From Phoronis australis (taxonomy: Eukaryota; Animalia; Phoronida), in the NCBI GenBank assembly GCA_002633005.1, contig NMRA01000076.1, positions 186,001 to 250,000 of the forward strand: a DNA stretch of 64,000 nt, given 5' to 3'. The notes under the pieces were generated by a model that saw nothing but the letters and a program-made list of their open reading frames with translations, was not told where the DNA came from and searched no databases. This document shows, piece after piece, positions 13,433 through 26,610 of this stretch; the first letter of the stretch is position 1; every line of letters begins with the position of its first letter. The position numbers and the translations under genes are program-made.

Positions 13433-13567
13433 CTTAGCAAGGCCAGCCTTGTGGGCACCCAAGGACTCTATGTGTTCAATGTACTTGTTGAAGTCTTTGA
13501 ACTCATCCCATGTCGGCCTGAAAGTCATAATCTTGGGGATATTATGCCCCCCACTGGATGACTCCAT
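13433..13567 (-). CDS. KDM4: KDM4/JMJD2 lysine demethylase, coding exon 1 (JmjN)
   Basis: Hand translation [45 protein letters not shown] matches the JmjN motif. GT donor at 13432-13431. An AG acceptor at 13583-13582, upstream of the ATG, implies an earlier UTR exon. Confidence 0.93.
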
Positions 13568-13654
13568 GGTTCTGTCTCAATCTGAAATAAATACATGAAG
13601 TCAGTAAACAAGTACAAAGTCATGCGCAGTTGCGCCAAACACAGGGTGTTCCAA

Positions 13655-14395
13655 CGAGAAGGGCTAGTTTGGAAGTGGCTCCCCATGAGTGGGGCAAGTA
13701 GGGAGCAGACTCCAAATGAGGTAAAACTATGAATGTGACTCCCCATGAGAAGGCTAACTGGGGTAGTGGCTCCCTCATGTGAGCGGTTAGTAGGGCTAGA
13801 GACATGGGTCCCCATAAGAGGAGCTAGTAAAGATATAGCTCTCAACAGAGGGGCTAGTAGGGAGGTTGCTCCATCATGTGAGGGGCTAGGAGAGACAGAG
13901 ACACGGCTCATGAGAGGAGCTAGTAAGGACATGGCTACTCCATAACAAGTGTTGTAGAGATGTGGTCCTCCTATTTGGCACTAGTAGGAACATGCCTCCC
14001 CCATGAGATGCTAGTATGACAGGGGCTCCCCATGAGAGACTCACCCATCAGAGGAGTAGGTAGGGACACGACTCCCCATCAGAAAGGTATATATTTTTGG
14101 AGAAGCTCTCCCATGAGGGATTAGAGAGATGTGGTTCCCCATGAAGGCTTGTATAGGAACGTGGCTCTCCCATGAGGATCTAGAAGGGATAAGGTTCTCT
14201 TAAGGGTCTAGTTGGAACGTGGCTCCCCAGTGAAAGGGGCAACTACTAGTCCCATAAGGGGCTAATAGGGAAGTGGTTCCCTTGAGGGGCTAGTAGGGAC
14301 TAGATTCCTTCATAAGACTACTACTAACTAATAGGAACATGACACCCCCATGGTAGCAGACTTGGGCCACCTCATGAGAAAACTAGTAAGACAAC
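13655..14395. repeat. Degenerate ~33-bp minisatellite in the intron upstream of the KDM4 ATG exon
   Basis: About 20 diverged copies of gtggctccccatgagaggggctagtagggagacat. Confidence 0.8.
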
Positions 14396-15429
14396 ACCTA
14401 AATAGTTGCAGGGGCAAAGGAAACATGAAATGTGTCAGAAGCCACATTTTGTTTTGACCTATTTCTACGATTGAAGGATTCTAGTGAACTTAGTTCCAAG
14501 GCACTAAACGTTTGGTAGCAATCACAAGCATATATAGACAGACAATCTCTCAGAAAAGGAAAAATCCTGTTTTGATTTCTTATTGGCAAGCACCTTTCTA
14601 GTGAAAGTAACAAATCGAAAGAGTCAAATGAGGTTAACCTCTCTTGAAGCAGCTTTCAGTCTAATCACAAATGTGGAACTATTCAAACAGTAGAGCACAT
14701 ATTCAGATGTCTCATAAGTGAATGAGACTTTGCTAGACATTTTGTTTGGAAAATGTCGCCAAGACAAGTTTAAATCGATCAAGGACTCTTCAGGAAAAGA
14801 ATTAGGCAAAAGCAAAACAAACCAACAATGCAACATGTCGCGGACAGAACCCAAGCGCAACCTTAACAAGGAAATACTAAAGCACACAGAGCCTACGCTC
14901 GAACGAAGAGAGTATGACAAAATCAAAATTTTCTAACACACCGTGCTGCGAACAGACGAAAGCTTCCGGTATCCTGAGTGTAAAGAAATTTCCACAAACA
15001 TCAACCACAAGCTGCAGATTACGGTGGTTTACGTGCAGCATTCGAGATGCTGACCTTTTCACCCGCCTTACGCGAGTTCATCCGCAGTGAAGTGCACTCA
15101 TGCTGTAGAAATTCTTGTTAGTTATTTACTACTTTGCTGGTTAATGCGCCAGTCACTTCATAATATTCATTTATGAAAAGCATTAATAAGCACTGCACCC
15201 AAATAACACTTGAACTGATGTATCAATAATCGCGCACTGATACTATTCCTAATTTCACTGTAGTAAAAACGACAGAACTATATAACGCTAACAAAAGTTG
15301 TTGTTTGCAGGACCAGGTGACTTAGGTGCGGTGTTGGCAGTCTTTGTTTCCCATTTTTGTAATTTTTTACGATTTTTGTTCGTGTATTCGACAATTTTTG
15401 CAAAGTTTTAAAATATTTGTTCAATGCAC

Positions 15430-15600
15430 TCCCCTTCGATTTTCCACAAGCTTCATCGATTTCCCTGAGCTGGTTCCCTGCGTGCCGAGGCGGCACATAG
15501 CCGCACGCAGGGAACCAGCGTGTTCAATCGACTACCACCGAAACATCCGGATTACCTCGGACATTTCCGTTACTTCAAATTGCGAAATTTTTGAGCTTAT
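15430..15600 (-). promoter_or_regulatory. Possible KDM4 promoter / first UTR exon region
   Basis: Locally CpG-rich patch with CCGGA/CGGAA ETS-like cores about 2 kb upstream of the ATG exon, which has a splice acceptor. Positional inference only. Confidence 0.3.
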
Positions 15601-18600
15601 ACCAAAGATTTTATAGTATCTTTGCTTATACGGAAAATATGAATGGTACCGAAACCAAAGAGACTGTGTATGATAACAGAATCGTAAACCTTGTAATAAA
15701 AAGGATTTTGTCGACTTATTGAGGGTGCAAAATGTGACAGGCACATGAAACAAGCCGAGATTAACAGAGAAAACATTTACACCAATGTCCTAACATTGAT
15801 GTAAAAACTGTAAAGATTTAAACAATAAAACTGAAAAAATACATTAGGCACTGAAAAAGATTACTGAAGTAAGTTACCCATACTGAAGAATTAGTAAAAA
15901 ATAATCATTTTCTTCATCTATCACCACATTATTGAACACAGCTTTTTTACTTTAGCCTTGGAACAATATTGTACAAGGATCAGCGGTAATTTCATTTTGA
16001 TACATAAGTTTATTGCCCAACAAACATACATGTAAAAAGGCTAGTCTGACGATGGGCACCTCAGATCTAGCATGTTAAGCAGTAATTACTGTATTATCAT
16101 ATTAAGTCAACATATAAGGAGTAACAAATCAACTGCGAAAGGACCGGGGACGGGGGAGTACTTTCGTGCACCTCATTTCCGAAATGCGCACACTCACACT
16201 AGGCGCCGTTGCTATGATGAAACTGTTAATAATTAAGACGCATGTATACAATGACAATATCAACATAGGTAGTACATACTCAAACATGTACCGATACGAA
16301 AATTATATTATCTAATGTATAACATTGCCACAACAATATGTACCAATTATCTAAATGACAATATAAAAAGAGTATCAACTGTTGATTTATGTGCATTTAT
16401 TGGATAACAACTAAACACACGCTTGTAGAACTCTCCATTGATCCACGTTTGTGTCCGAGATATCTGTTACAATTGTCCATATAATCGCGTGTAACTTCAG
16501 TTTTAAACTGTTATAAATAGGAGGTTTTTCTACCTTTCTTGTCTGGTAGATAAAGTGTATTAATGGTATTGCAAAGTCGTTTGTGATCCGGGGTAATTAG
16601 TTTCAGTTTGTGGTGCCATTCTCCGACGGCTACAGTGCCCGGTTGCATGATACAGTTCAAAATGGGGGTTCAACGTAAGTTCCCCAAATCTTTTGCGTAT
16701 TTGTGTCATTCAATTTGCAGATGTAAATTCCTGATCATTTTTTCTTTCTTATAAGCTTCTCCCTGACTAATAACATTTTCTAATGATATGCATAATTAAT
16801 TTGTCTCAGTGCTAACACACTTTCACATTAAATTTCAAAGGGTTTAAGGGCAGGCATAGCAAAATATTGACTGGAAAATTACGTTGGACCCTCCCNCCCG
16901 CAAAGGTTGCTGGGGAAATTTTTGGAGTTCGGAATTGATTGCCCAGCATCACGTCAGTAAGGTTTTGAGCGATCAAACGAAAAGTTGTGTTCCAATCCGA
17001 CTATCACTTGCAGATCGACTTGGTAGAGCGTGAAAGAACTATAACAACAATGCTTCATGTTCTGCTGGTGTAGAAAAAAGCGCATTCCACCACAAACGAA
17101 AACTGATCGTTTCTAAAATGGGCGTAAAAGATTTTGTGAAATTGCCAGACTTAATCTGATTATTCATCTTCCAAACAGTGTCATCAAATCTTTTTATCTT
17201 TTAAATTATTTAGGTTCCAATTTAATTTAAACTAAACCCTGCTTTAATTTCGGACTACGACAGAGCGCCCGTGCCAGTGTTTTTTTAACGCTGGTGGAAA
17301 TAAAGGCAATCTTTCGCAAACAAGTTCCTTTTTGAATGCTAGGAATAGCTGCACGCCATATGTGCATTCCATAAACGATGAAAACATGGTCACTCCATCA
17401 ATACAAAAAAAACAGCAAATCAGTTGATATGAACAACGGCGTTTTAAAAAAAAAACATAACGTCTTCATCGTAGCAAACGAAAAAGTGGCTAACAAAACA
17501 GTCTAAAAGTTCAAATTATTGGATGTCTTCCGGCAGTGGAGGAGCTGACAATTTGGTCATGCATGGGTTAGGCCGTGCTCAATGTCACATTGATAAAATG
17601 ACACGCCGTGACAAGACAACTGGTCGAGTCCTGATCTCAAGCAATAACGAACGCTTCTCAAACTTATTTTTTCGAAATCGGGTGAGGAACAAGTTAGTAC
17701 TAGATAAATTTAGTTGTAAGTGGTCTCGATAAAGCGTTTTTTATTTTCTATTATCATTTTTTTTGACGGAGGGCAGGTTTTTATCCCCTTTAAGTAGTAT
17801 TTTTAAATAGAGAGCTGGAAAGCGAAAAACACTCAGATTACATTATTCAAAGTGGTTCTGTGCCATTGAAAGAGAATACTCAACCTGTTCACCAGACATT
17901 TTTACTGTTTGTTCGTAAAAATTTTGAATTGCTGTTAGTGTCAAAGTATTTTTCTTTTAGTTTCAAATTTCAAAAACGATCTGTCAACTGATCGTCACTT
18001 CGTCGATTTTTTGTCCCAAAAGGCAAAGCGCGTCTCCTTACTTGGTATGGCAAGGCATACATGTACATGTAGACGTAGCGCATTTTACCTTTGATTTAAA
18101 CGAAACCGTGGCGACTTCAAGCAGTAGCCAGTCCGATTATGAGCCAATTGATGCAAGCCCTAGCTGTTTAAAATTAGGTATGAAGTTATGGTAGTATTCA
18201 AATATATTCAAAATGCAGTCTTCGTTATTTTTTGAGGGGAACACTTGCTTCACTGGCTTGCTTTATACTGTGCTTTTGACTTCTGATTCGGAGTGCGATC
18301 ACACATGATGATATACCGTTAATATCCATCTTGTCAGTCAGCTGTTTGTCGAATGACAGTGAGCGCATGCGCGCATTTATCATTAGTGGGAGAGAGATTA
18401 GAAAAACTGTGGTAACTACATAGTTTTTCTTTAGCACGTATTTCAAAAATCGTGAATTTCGTTATTTTTCTGGAAATTTCCTCACTGGAGAAAGTGAATA
18501 CCTCTGCAGTAGACGTTGCGAGATGGTACTATAGTCAGGAATTGTTTAAAAGACATTTTGACAAGCTTTCGCATTCCATGCTTCTTAAATGCTTCTTATA

Positions 18601-18816
18601 TCTCAGGTATATGCTCGTGTTTAGGCATATGTGCATATATCTGAACTAATCCATTTTCGAAAAAAGTTTACCCAAACGTTTTTCACCGAGGCCCACCCAA
18701 GTTTCGCTTGTATGCGGAGAGCGTCCTTTTTAGGTATATAGGCGCATGTTTTGCATAGATACTGCCACACGCATTGTCTTCGACAACATCGTACAATTCG
18801 GGATTTGCAAAACATT

Positions 18817-20072
18817 TTTATGATCGACATATGTCCCGAATAATAGATAAATGATACGTGCGTCGCAAGCTCGTTACCAGAGATGAAAGGAGACTGATGT
18901 AGGCGATATAAGGTCATTTATTATGACTAGTACAATTACAATAAAATGAATACGGGTAAATAAGTATAATAGGTAATCTCTGGTAAGATGGGCAATAAAA
19001 AGCGCCGGCCACGTGGAAGTACGAAAGAATGACGAAAACTGGGAGGAAGAGGGTGGGAAAATTGAATGAGTTTTTGACGTACGACAATGTGGCCGGAACA
19101 AAGTGAATTGAAAGCGAGGTTACAATAACAAAGTAAAACGCTCCTAAAGACACGTGACAATCATCAGCCTATAAGAGCCAAGAGCTGACCAAACTCGAGG
19201 CACGTGATAACAACAGACCAATGCGAAGGCTGGAAAAACGTCGTGTAGTCCTGCACAAGGGAATAATGGAATAGACCAAGATGAGGGGGAAAAGGAGTAA
19301 GGCGAGTCCATATGCTCACATAAATATATTTAACGAGTGAAATACCATTTATGATCGACATATGTCCCGAATAATAGATAAATGATACGTGCGTCGCAAG
19401 CTCGTTACCAGAGATTAAAGGAGATTGATGTAGGAGATATAAGGTCATTTATTATGACTAGTACAATTACAATAAAATGAATACAGGTAAATAAGTATGT
19501 ATAACAGGTAATCTCTGGTAAGATGGGCAATAAAAAGCGCCGGCCACGTGGAAGTACGAGAGAATGACGAAAACTGGGAGGAAGAGGGTGGGAAAATTGA
19601 ATGAGTTTTTGACGTACGACTATGTGGCCGGAACAAAGTGAATTGAAAGCGAGGTTACAATAACAAAGTAAAACGCCCCTAAAGACACGTGACAATCATC
19701 AGCCTATAAGAGCCAAGAGCTGACCAAACTCGAGGCACGTGATAACAACAGACCAATGCGAAGGCTGGAAAAACGTCGTGTAGTCCTGCACGAGGGAATA
19801 ATGGAATAGACCAAGATGAGGGGGAAAAGGAGTAAGGCGAGTCCATATGCTCACATAAATATATTTAACGAGTGAAATACCATTTATGATCGACATATGT
19901 CCCGAAAAATAGATAAATGATACGTGCGTCGCAAGCTCGTTACCAGAGATGAAAGGAGATTGATGTAGGAGATATAAGGTCATTTATTATGACTAGTACA
20001 ATTACAATAAAATGAATACAGGTAAATAAGTATAACAGGTAATCTCTGGTAAGATGGGCAATAAAAAGCGCC
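18817..20072. repeat. Split direct repeats B(190)-A(341)-B-A-B, period 531-535 bp
   Basis: B: 18817-19006, 19348-19541, 19883-20072. A: 19007-19347, 19542-19882. Copies are near-identical with a few substitutions and small indels. Confidence 0.95.
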
Positions 20073-20746
20073 ACAGAGATGTTGTAAGACAGCTCATGCC
20101 CATCCGCAGGGACGCACGAAGGGAGAGAAATGGAAAGAAAAGGGGTGCAGGACTACTTACAAAGGCTGTCAGCCGGATACCCAACCCTAACTCCGGGTGC
20201 CAACCGGAGGGGGAGGTACGATTTCCAGGGCTGGAACAGGTGCCGGTGTTGTCTCACCCCGTGTCATGGCGGAAAGAAAATAGATAAATGAGGAAAAACA
20301 AGGGAGAAAAACGAACATACAAGAATACACGGACTGGTAAGCTAGAGGACGAAACGAGAGTACGAAAACTAAAAGGAAATGAGAGAAAAATATAAAAAAT
20401 GAAGCTAAGGACAAATCAAAAATAGCTAACAGAGAATAACAAAATAGTTAATATAGAGAACTAAGGCTAACAATAATCGGATATAAAGGTAGAGTAACAA
20501 GTTAAGAATAAATGAAACACAAAATATAGGCAAAGGTCGAACAAAATGGCTAACAAGGTAGAAGAAAATATAAAATACAAAATAATCTACAAATGAGACG
20601 TACGAGATACGGAACGAAGGGGACGGAGGGGATGGGGAAGGGGCAGGCAAAGGGATGCTAGCGAGGGAGGTGCAGGCAATACTGACACCAATGGGAGGTA
20701 ACGGGTGGCTGGCCTGGGGAAGGGAGGGACAAGAGGAAGGGGGAAA

Positions 20747-21712
20747 TTAGGGACGAGGTGGGGGGAAAACTGACATGCGGATGTAACCCTTGACGGCGTC
20801 GGACTTCCAGCGGCCCATGCGTTGGATGACGGGCTCCGGGAGGCCGCGAGCTGCGGCAGAGGTGGCGGCTCCGATGCGGAAACTGTGAGACTTGTAGAAG
20901 GAGGGGTCAAGGGAGGCAGAGGTTATAACCGCATTGAGCTGGTGGGTAAAGAAGGAACGTGTGACGGGGGAGGAGTCGGCGAGGAGGAAAAGGGGGCCGG
21001 ACGAACGGGGGGATAAGGACAGGTAGGTCCGGAGGTGGGCAACAGGACAGTAGGGAGAGGGAGAGGAAGGGATGTGAAGGGTAACAGGGGCGGAATGGTG
21101 GTGTTTGAAATTGGAGATGGTGACAGTCATGTAGGGGGGTTGAGAGGGTGGGGAGAAAAATTGGACGGAGGAGCGTTGGAGTGTGAGAGAGGGATCGGAG
21201 GAAAGGGAAGGGAGGGTAAATTCGCCGATGCGGAGGAAGGCGTGGAACGCAAGGAGGAACATGGCCTTTAAGAGGGCGATGGTGAAGGGATTGGGAATGC
21301 ACGAAGGGATAGAGTCGATGAGGGAGGTGAGTATCTCATAGGTGATGGGGAGGCGGGTGTCGGAGGAGGGACGTGATTTGGAAACTCCGCGAAGGAGTCG
21401 ACGACTGTAGAAGGAAGAGGTAGGGTCAGGGAGGGAGTCGAGCTTATGGACGAAACTGAGAGCCGAAATATAGGAATGTATGGTGGCGGAGGAGAAACCA
21501 GAGGAGTAGAGATGGGCGATGTAGGAAGACAGAGTGGGAGAGGACACGGGAAAGGCGGGTCGGAGGGGGGAGTGGGTGGAGTGGAAGGAGGTGAAATGGT
21601 GGACAATGCGGGAGTAAGCGCGAAGAGTAGCGGGTGCGAGGGATGAGGAGAGCAGGTGGTCTAGAATGTGAGGAGGGCCGGAGGGATGGGAGTAGGAGTC
21701 CGGTCGAGCCAC
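20747..21712 (-). CDS. Tyrosine recombinase of the DIRS/Ngaro element
   Basis: Open 321-aa ORF with AFHAFLRIGEF (R), FK, CPV, HSFRIGAAT (HxxR), MGRWKS and YIR (catalytic Y), plus an N-terminal LAPATLRAY motif. The true start is uncertain. Confidence 0.92.
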   Translation of the reverse strand: MARPDSYSHPSGPPHILDHLLSSSLAPATLRAYSRIVHHFTSFHSTHSPLRPAFPVSSPTLSSYIAHLYSSGFSSATIHSYISALSFVHKLDSLPDPTSSFYSRRLLRGVSKSRPSSDTRLPITYEILTSLIDSIPSCIPNPFTIALLKAMFLLAFHAFLRIGEFTLPSLSSDPSLTLQRSSVQFFSPPSQPPYMTVTISNFKHHHSAPVTLHIPSSPSPYCPVAHLRTYLSLSPRSSGPLFLLADSSPVTRSFFTHQLNAVITSASLDPSFYKSHSFRIGAATSAAARGLPEPVIQRMGRWKSDAVKGYIRMSVFPPPRP

Positions 21713-21950
21713 GGAGCCAAAGAGAAGGCGTCCTGAAATTGAAAACGAGAGAGCCTATCAGCGACAAAGTTGGAGGAACCGGGAACATGTTTAGCACGAA
21801 CAAAGATGTTGAGGAGAAGACACGAGACGACGAGACGGCGGACAAGACGCATAATGTCCCTGTTGACAGAAGAAGATTTGTTGATAATCTCGACCACGGC
21901 GGAATTGTCACACATGAAAAGGAGGCGGTGGTTGGAGAGCTTGTGACCCC
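21661..21950 (-). pseudogene. C-terminal fragment of DIRS-type RNase H (pol)
   Basis: GHKLSNHRLLFMCDNSAVVEIINK...HVPGSSNFVADRLSR carries the DN and H-x-PG-xx-N-xx-ADxLSR RNase H motifs; RT is missing upstream. Confidence 0.88.
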
Positions 21951-24900
21951 GCGATTTTGTTTAACTATTAGATTATTACTTACATTGGACATTCTGTTAG
22001 ACACACTTTTGAAGTTTTTGAAAGTACTGGTAGACAGGTACGATGGTAGTTTTAACAGCAACCTGCTCAGTGAGTGACTAACAGCGTCGTGAAAGAATGT
22101 AAATTTGGTTTTCATATCTGCAACAGATGAGTACTTTAGTTGAACTTCATAAATAAGCAATATTGTTTAACATGTAAGTTGTGACCATCAGGTCTTCGGA
22201 CTATCGGCCCTTCGTGCACTGTTGCCTAGGAAAATTCATGTCGGACTCTCGGTCTTTCCGACCAATGACCATTCGGACTACAAAACCGACTCCCAACTAG
22301 TTTTTGTTCTTGTGTGCGCTAAATGGTACAAAACGATCTCAAAGTAGTGCTTTGATCCTGAAGACATTCAGCTTATTTAAGAATGTGTCGTCTCAGTGCT
22401 GTTTGTACGCCATTCCCACACGGTGAACTCCGAATTATTTCCCATATTGATTTGTGTAGCCGGTGGCACTAGCATAGCGAATGATTTACAAGCTGCTTAA
22501 AGCAATAAGGTCCAAAGCCACGCTTAGGGTGGTTGCAGCTGTCCAAAACACTGCAGAAAATCGAGTGGGTCAGGTTTGACCAATTTTGTGGGCTAAATAG
22601 GATGTGGTTGCCACGAATAATATTCTGTTGTTCCTTGAAGTTGTTTTGTCAGCAAATTAGGCCTAAGTCAAGAAATTTGAACTCGGCTCTTAATTATCTA
22701 CCTACATACGGAAGTCCCGGCACTTTCAGAGCACATCCTTGTTCGGTGGGGAATTTTTTGCGCGAAAACAGGTACTCTTCAGACAAGTGGAAATTGAAAA
22801 AAACTTGGTTGGTAATAGCATATTTTAATATATGTTTTTGGAGTCTATATTGTAATAGCGCTTGGATTCTTGTTTTCTGTCTTGCACCAAGGCAATCGTG
22901 AATTTGTGATTTACCTACAAAATGTCCAAAATCGCAATTTTTGGTCATTTCTTTGGCTTCTCAAATTTTTTTTCCGGAGGATGTAGCAAAGCAAAAAGAC
23001 ATAAATTTGTTGAATTTCCTTATCTTTGAGAAACCTCATCGAATGTGCTTTCTGTAAGTTTGCCTTTTTTCCGGTGTATTGAGATATGGTGTAAACAAAG
23101 GCTTTTCTTGACCTAGATCAGTGGTGACGTCAAAATCAGTCACTCGAACTGTGGTCCTGGCCCTAAGGTGCAATACACCGTAATGATGATAGAAATTAGT
23201 AAATCATGTCACCAGTGGATGTGGTTGTGTTTTCTTGTATTTCATCATGCCTATACTGCTTTCCAGCATCTGTTTTAGAGCTTATCTGGACAACAAAAAT
23301 GTCTGGAAAGTAATCGTTTAAAGTATGAAACATCAGCTCAAGTTTTTAAAATTCATTTCTGATGCTTTAACAAAGCACACTGTGTGCTCATCAAGCGACA
23401 TTTTATTGCTTCACTGACACAGCCATTTTGAACATCCGGATTGTGTCGTGGTACCCGGTCGGTTACTGCTGACGGGAAGCGATTTTCGTGGAATCGATGT
23501 CTGTAATTCTCAAGTGGTGCCTCTAAAAAGTAGATGATCATTGTGATGCCGCTTGTGTATTTTCATCGCCTAGCTGACATCACCGGTGCCCCTGAGTGTC
23601 CTGTTGCTGCTTTGGAAAATATAGGGGGTGTGGCTCAACCTCTGTTGACTCAGATGATGGAGAAAATTCCTGGGACAATAGATCAAATCGGCTAACGCGC
23701 GCGTGCGATGTCAGGTGATCCGAATTGGGTGTTGAATCGAAACAAAGTCGGGAGTGTGTGTACAGCCAGAACGAAGATGCCGCCGCATTTTTGCTGTTGC
23801 GGTGAATGCGGAAAAGTGTAAAGATCTGTCATTTTTCGGACTATCTATCAACAATAAGCCCCTCCTTTCACTATGGATCATAAAAATGAGAAGAAACCTG
23901 ACATATTTCAACGTGTGAACGTAACAATTTCGTAAAATGTAAGAATTGTTACATTTTATGTCATTGTTACATTTTACGTTGCTAGGCCTCTCCTAAAATG
24001 TAACAAGTTGTTACATTTTATGTAATTGTTACAATTTACGTCGAATGCACATGCGAGAAATGTACCATTGTTACATTTTACGAAAGCGACTTAATATTTC
24101 ATGAGTTTTCATGGTATTTGTCACTCGGAGGAAAACCGTTGACACACCTAACGCCTTCTTTCTCGGACAGTGTGAATGAAATTCTATCAAATGTGCCAGG
24201 TCGACTTGGCAGTAAAGTCAAAAATGTTCAGCGTACAGTTTCAACTCAAAACGAAAGGAGTTTTACATGATCAGGTAACAAGTTTTTCATCGTTATTTGG
24301 CTAATATTTATCGTATGTCTTCGAGAACGAACGACAGTAACAAAATGTTTCATGAAGAATTTAATTTCGGAAGCCAATTTGATAGAAAAAAAGACCAATT
24401 TTAGTCCACTATAGTTTATTTCTTAAACACATTGTGATGGAAGGAAATAAAAGCACTTATTTATTTGCCGGCAAGTTGACAGCCTTTTCCAAAGCAACAT
24501 AAAAATACTGCCTTTGAGCACAGCGAGCCAATAGTGTAAAAAATTGGCGGTATAGTAAAGTGTGTCATACAGCTTGAACTCTGAAAGAAAGTTCCCATTA
24601 TGTCTAACCTGCCTGAAATAGCGGCGGTGACAATAGATGAAACCGTGACGTGTATACGTAAAACTGGGATGCCTAGCTGGGGAAATAAAAAATACTTTGC
24701 AGTCTGAAAGTACATAATCATTTTGCTCAAATCTGGTCAAGGTCGATAACGTAAAGGGACAATAGTCCAAAGAAGCTGACTGGACGTGAAGTCACGTGTC
24801 TCATGAGGAGCCACTTTTTGTGTTGCAGCTTGCAGATAGTGAAATTTGGCGATTAATCCTTTTCATGCATTGCATTAAAAGCTCATATTAAACATCACTG

Positions 24901-25386
24901 ACATCCACGTTGGCGGTTTTTGTTCCATGCCATCCACTTTCAATGAAACCTAGTTCAAGTCATTCTGTTAAATCACTGCGTTTTTCTAAGAATATTGGGG
25001 CCCATTCCACGTAAAATCATTGGGTTTTGTATGTCCGTTACCAGCTATTCCAATGACCCGGTGACCGCAGCCGACTAGTCGTTAGTTGCCAAAACATGTC
25101 TGCCTCCAGAGTTCAACTTAAAGGCGAAGGCAACCTTTTTCCATGTCATTTTGAGCTAAAATAAGGTTGGTTGGTTATCCTAGACATATTTACCACTTAA
25201 TTACAGCTTTTCGTAATTTTATTAATTACTCGTCCGCTACTCCGGAAGTGACGTTTTAGGAGGCAAGCATTTCGCGCCAATTTCTTTTCATATAGTCTGA
25301 CTGTGAGAGCTGGCGAGTCAGTCATTGTTCTACCTCGGTTGTGTTAAGTTCCGTTGTCGTTTGCTTTCATTTACTAGTCAGTCAAC

Positions 25387-25629
25387 ATGCCACACTGTTG
25401 CTGCGTACCGGGATGTACTAATTATCGGCTCACGCGCGCTTTGGGAGTACCTTTGCATCGCTTTCCGATGGATGACACACTTCGCCGTACTTGGCTCGTT
25501 CGTGTGAAGAACGCAGCGTTACCCGTCCACGCAACGTACAAAGCAGTGGAGAATTACCGTGTGTGTGGCACTAAGCACTTTCTGCCTTCCGATTACGAAA
25601 GGGATTTGTACGCTGAACTGTTCGGATGA
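25387..25629 (+). CDS. THAP zinc-finger domain (N-terminus of the Kolobok ORF; possibly truncated)
   Basis: MPHCCCVPGCTN..LHRFPMD..W..VCGTKHF matches the C2CH THAP signature. The stop lies 4 nt before the gap. Confidence 0.8.
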   Translation: MPHCCCVPGCTNYRLTRALGVPLHRFPMDDTLRRTWLVRVKNAALPVHATYKAVENYRVCGTKHFLPSDYERDLYAELFG

Positions 25630-25633
25630 AGGT

Positions 25634-26610
25634 NNNNNNNNNNNNNNNNNNNNNNNNNNNNNNNNNNNNNNNNNNNNNNNNNNNNNNNNNNNNNNNNNNN
25701 NNNNNNNNNNNNNNNNNNNNNNNNNNNNNNNNNNNNNNNNNNNNNNNNNNNNNNNNNNNNNNNNNNNNNNNNNNNNNNNNNNNNNNNNNNNNNNNNNNNN
25801 NNNNNNNNNNNNNNNNNNNNNNNNNNNNNNNNNNNNNNNNNNNNNNNNNNNNNNNNNNNNNNNNNNNNNNNNNNNNNNNNNNNNNNNNNNNNNNNNNNNN
25901 NNNNNNNNNNNNNNNNNNNNNNNNNNNNNNNNNNNNNNNNNNNNNNNNNNNNNNNNNNNNNNNNNNNNNNNNNNNNNNNNNNNNNNNNNNNNNNNNNNNN
26001 NNNNNNNNNNNNNNNNNNNNNNNNNNNNNNNNNNNNNNNNNNNNNNNNNNNNNNNNNNNNNNNNNNNNNNNNNNNNNNNNNNNNNNNNNNNNNNNNNNNN
26101 NNNNNNNNNNNNNNNNNNNNNNNNNNNNNNNNNNNNNNNNNNNNNNNNNNNNNNNNNNNNNNNNNNNNNNNNNNNNNNNNNNNNNNNNNNNNNNNNNNNN
26201 NNNNNNNNNNNNNNNNNNNNNNNNNNNNNNNNNNNNNNNNNNNNNNNNNNNNNNNNNNNNNNNNNNNNNNNNNNNNNNNNNNNNNNNNNNNNNNNNNNNN
26301 NNNNNNNNNNNNNNNNNNNNNNNNNNNNNNNNNNNNNNNNNNNNNNNNNNNNNNNNNNNNNNNNNNNNNNNNNNNNNNNNNNNNNNNNNNNNNNNNNNNN
26401 NNNNNNNNNNNNNNNNNNNNNNNNNNNNNNNNNNNNNNNNNNNNNNNNNNNNNNNNNNNNNNNNNNNNNNNNNNNNNNNNNNNNNNNNNNNNNNNNNNNN
26501 NNNNNNNNNNNNNNNNNNNNNNNNNNNNNNNNNNNNNNNNNNNNNNNNNNNNNNNNNNNNNNNNNNNNNNNNNNNNNNNNNNNNNNNNNNNNNNNNNNNN
26601 NNNNNNNNNN
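25634..26610. other. Assembly gap
   Basis: Run of N. Confidence 1.

Larger units (their letters stand above)
18817..21950 (-). mobile_element. 5'-truncated tyrosine-recombinase retrotransposon (Ngaro/DIRS group) with split direct repeats
   Basis: RNase H C-terminus overlapping a YR ORF, followed by 3' B-A-B-A-B repeats. Base composition changes abruptly at about 21950. Confidence 0.88.

Noticed and set aside
13525-13945. 135-aa ORF with SLLAPL repeats
   Set aside because: It is the translation of an intronic minisatellite and is out of frame with KDM4.
18817-20072. Repeats as a CRISPR array or retrozyme; CTGATGA on the minus strand near 19159 and 19700
   Set aside because: The spacers are identical rather than unique, the context is eukaryotic, and no stem II plus GAAA follows CTGATGA. 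YR-element terminal repeats explain them better.
20747-21712. Phage integrase, bacterial contamination or Crypton
   Set aside because: The overlapping DIRS-type RNase H and split direct repeats identify a YR retrotransposon.
21444-22160. 238-aa ORF
   Set aside because: Chimeric read-through across the element's truncation junction in a non-native frame.
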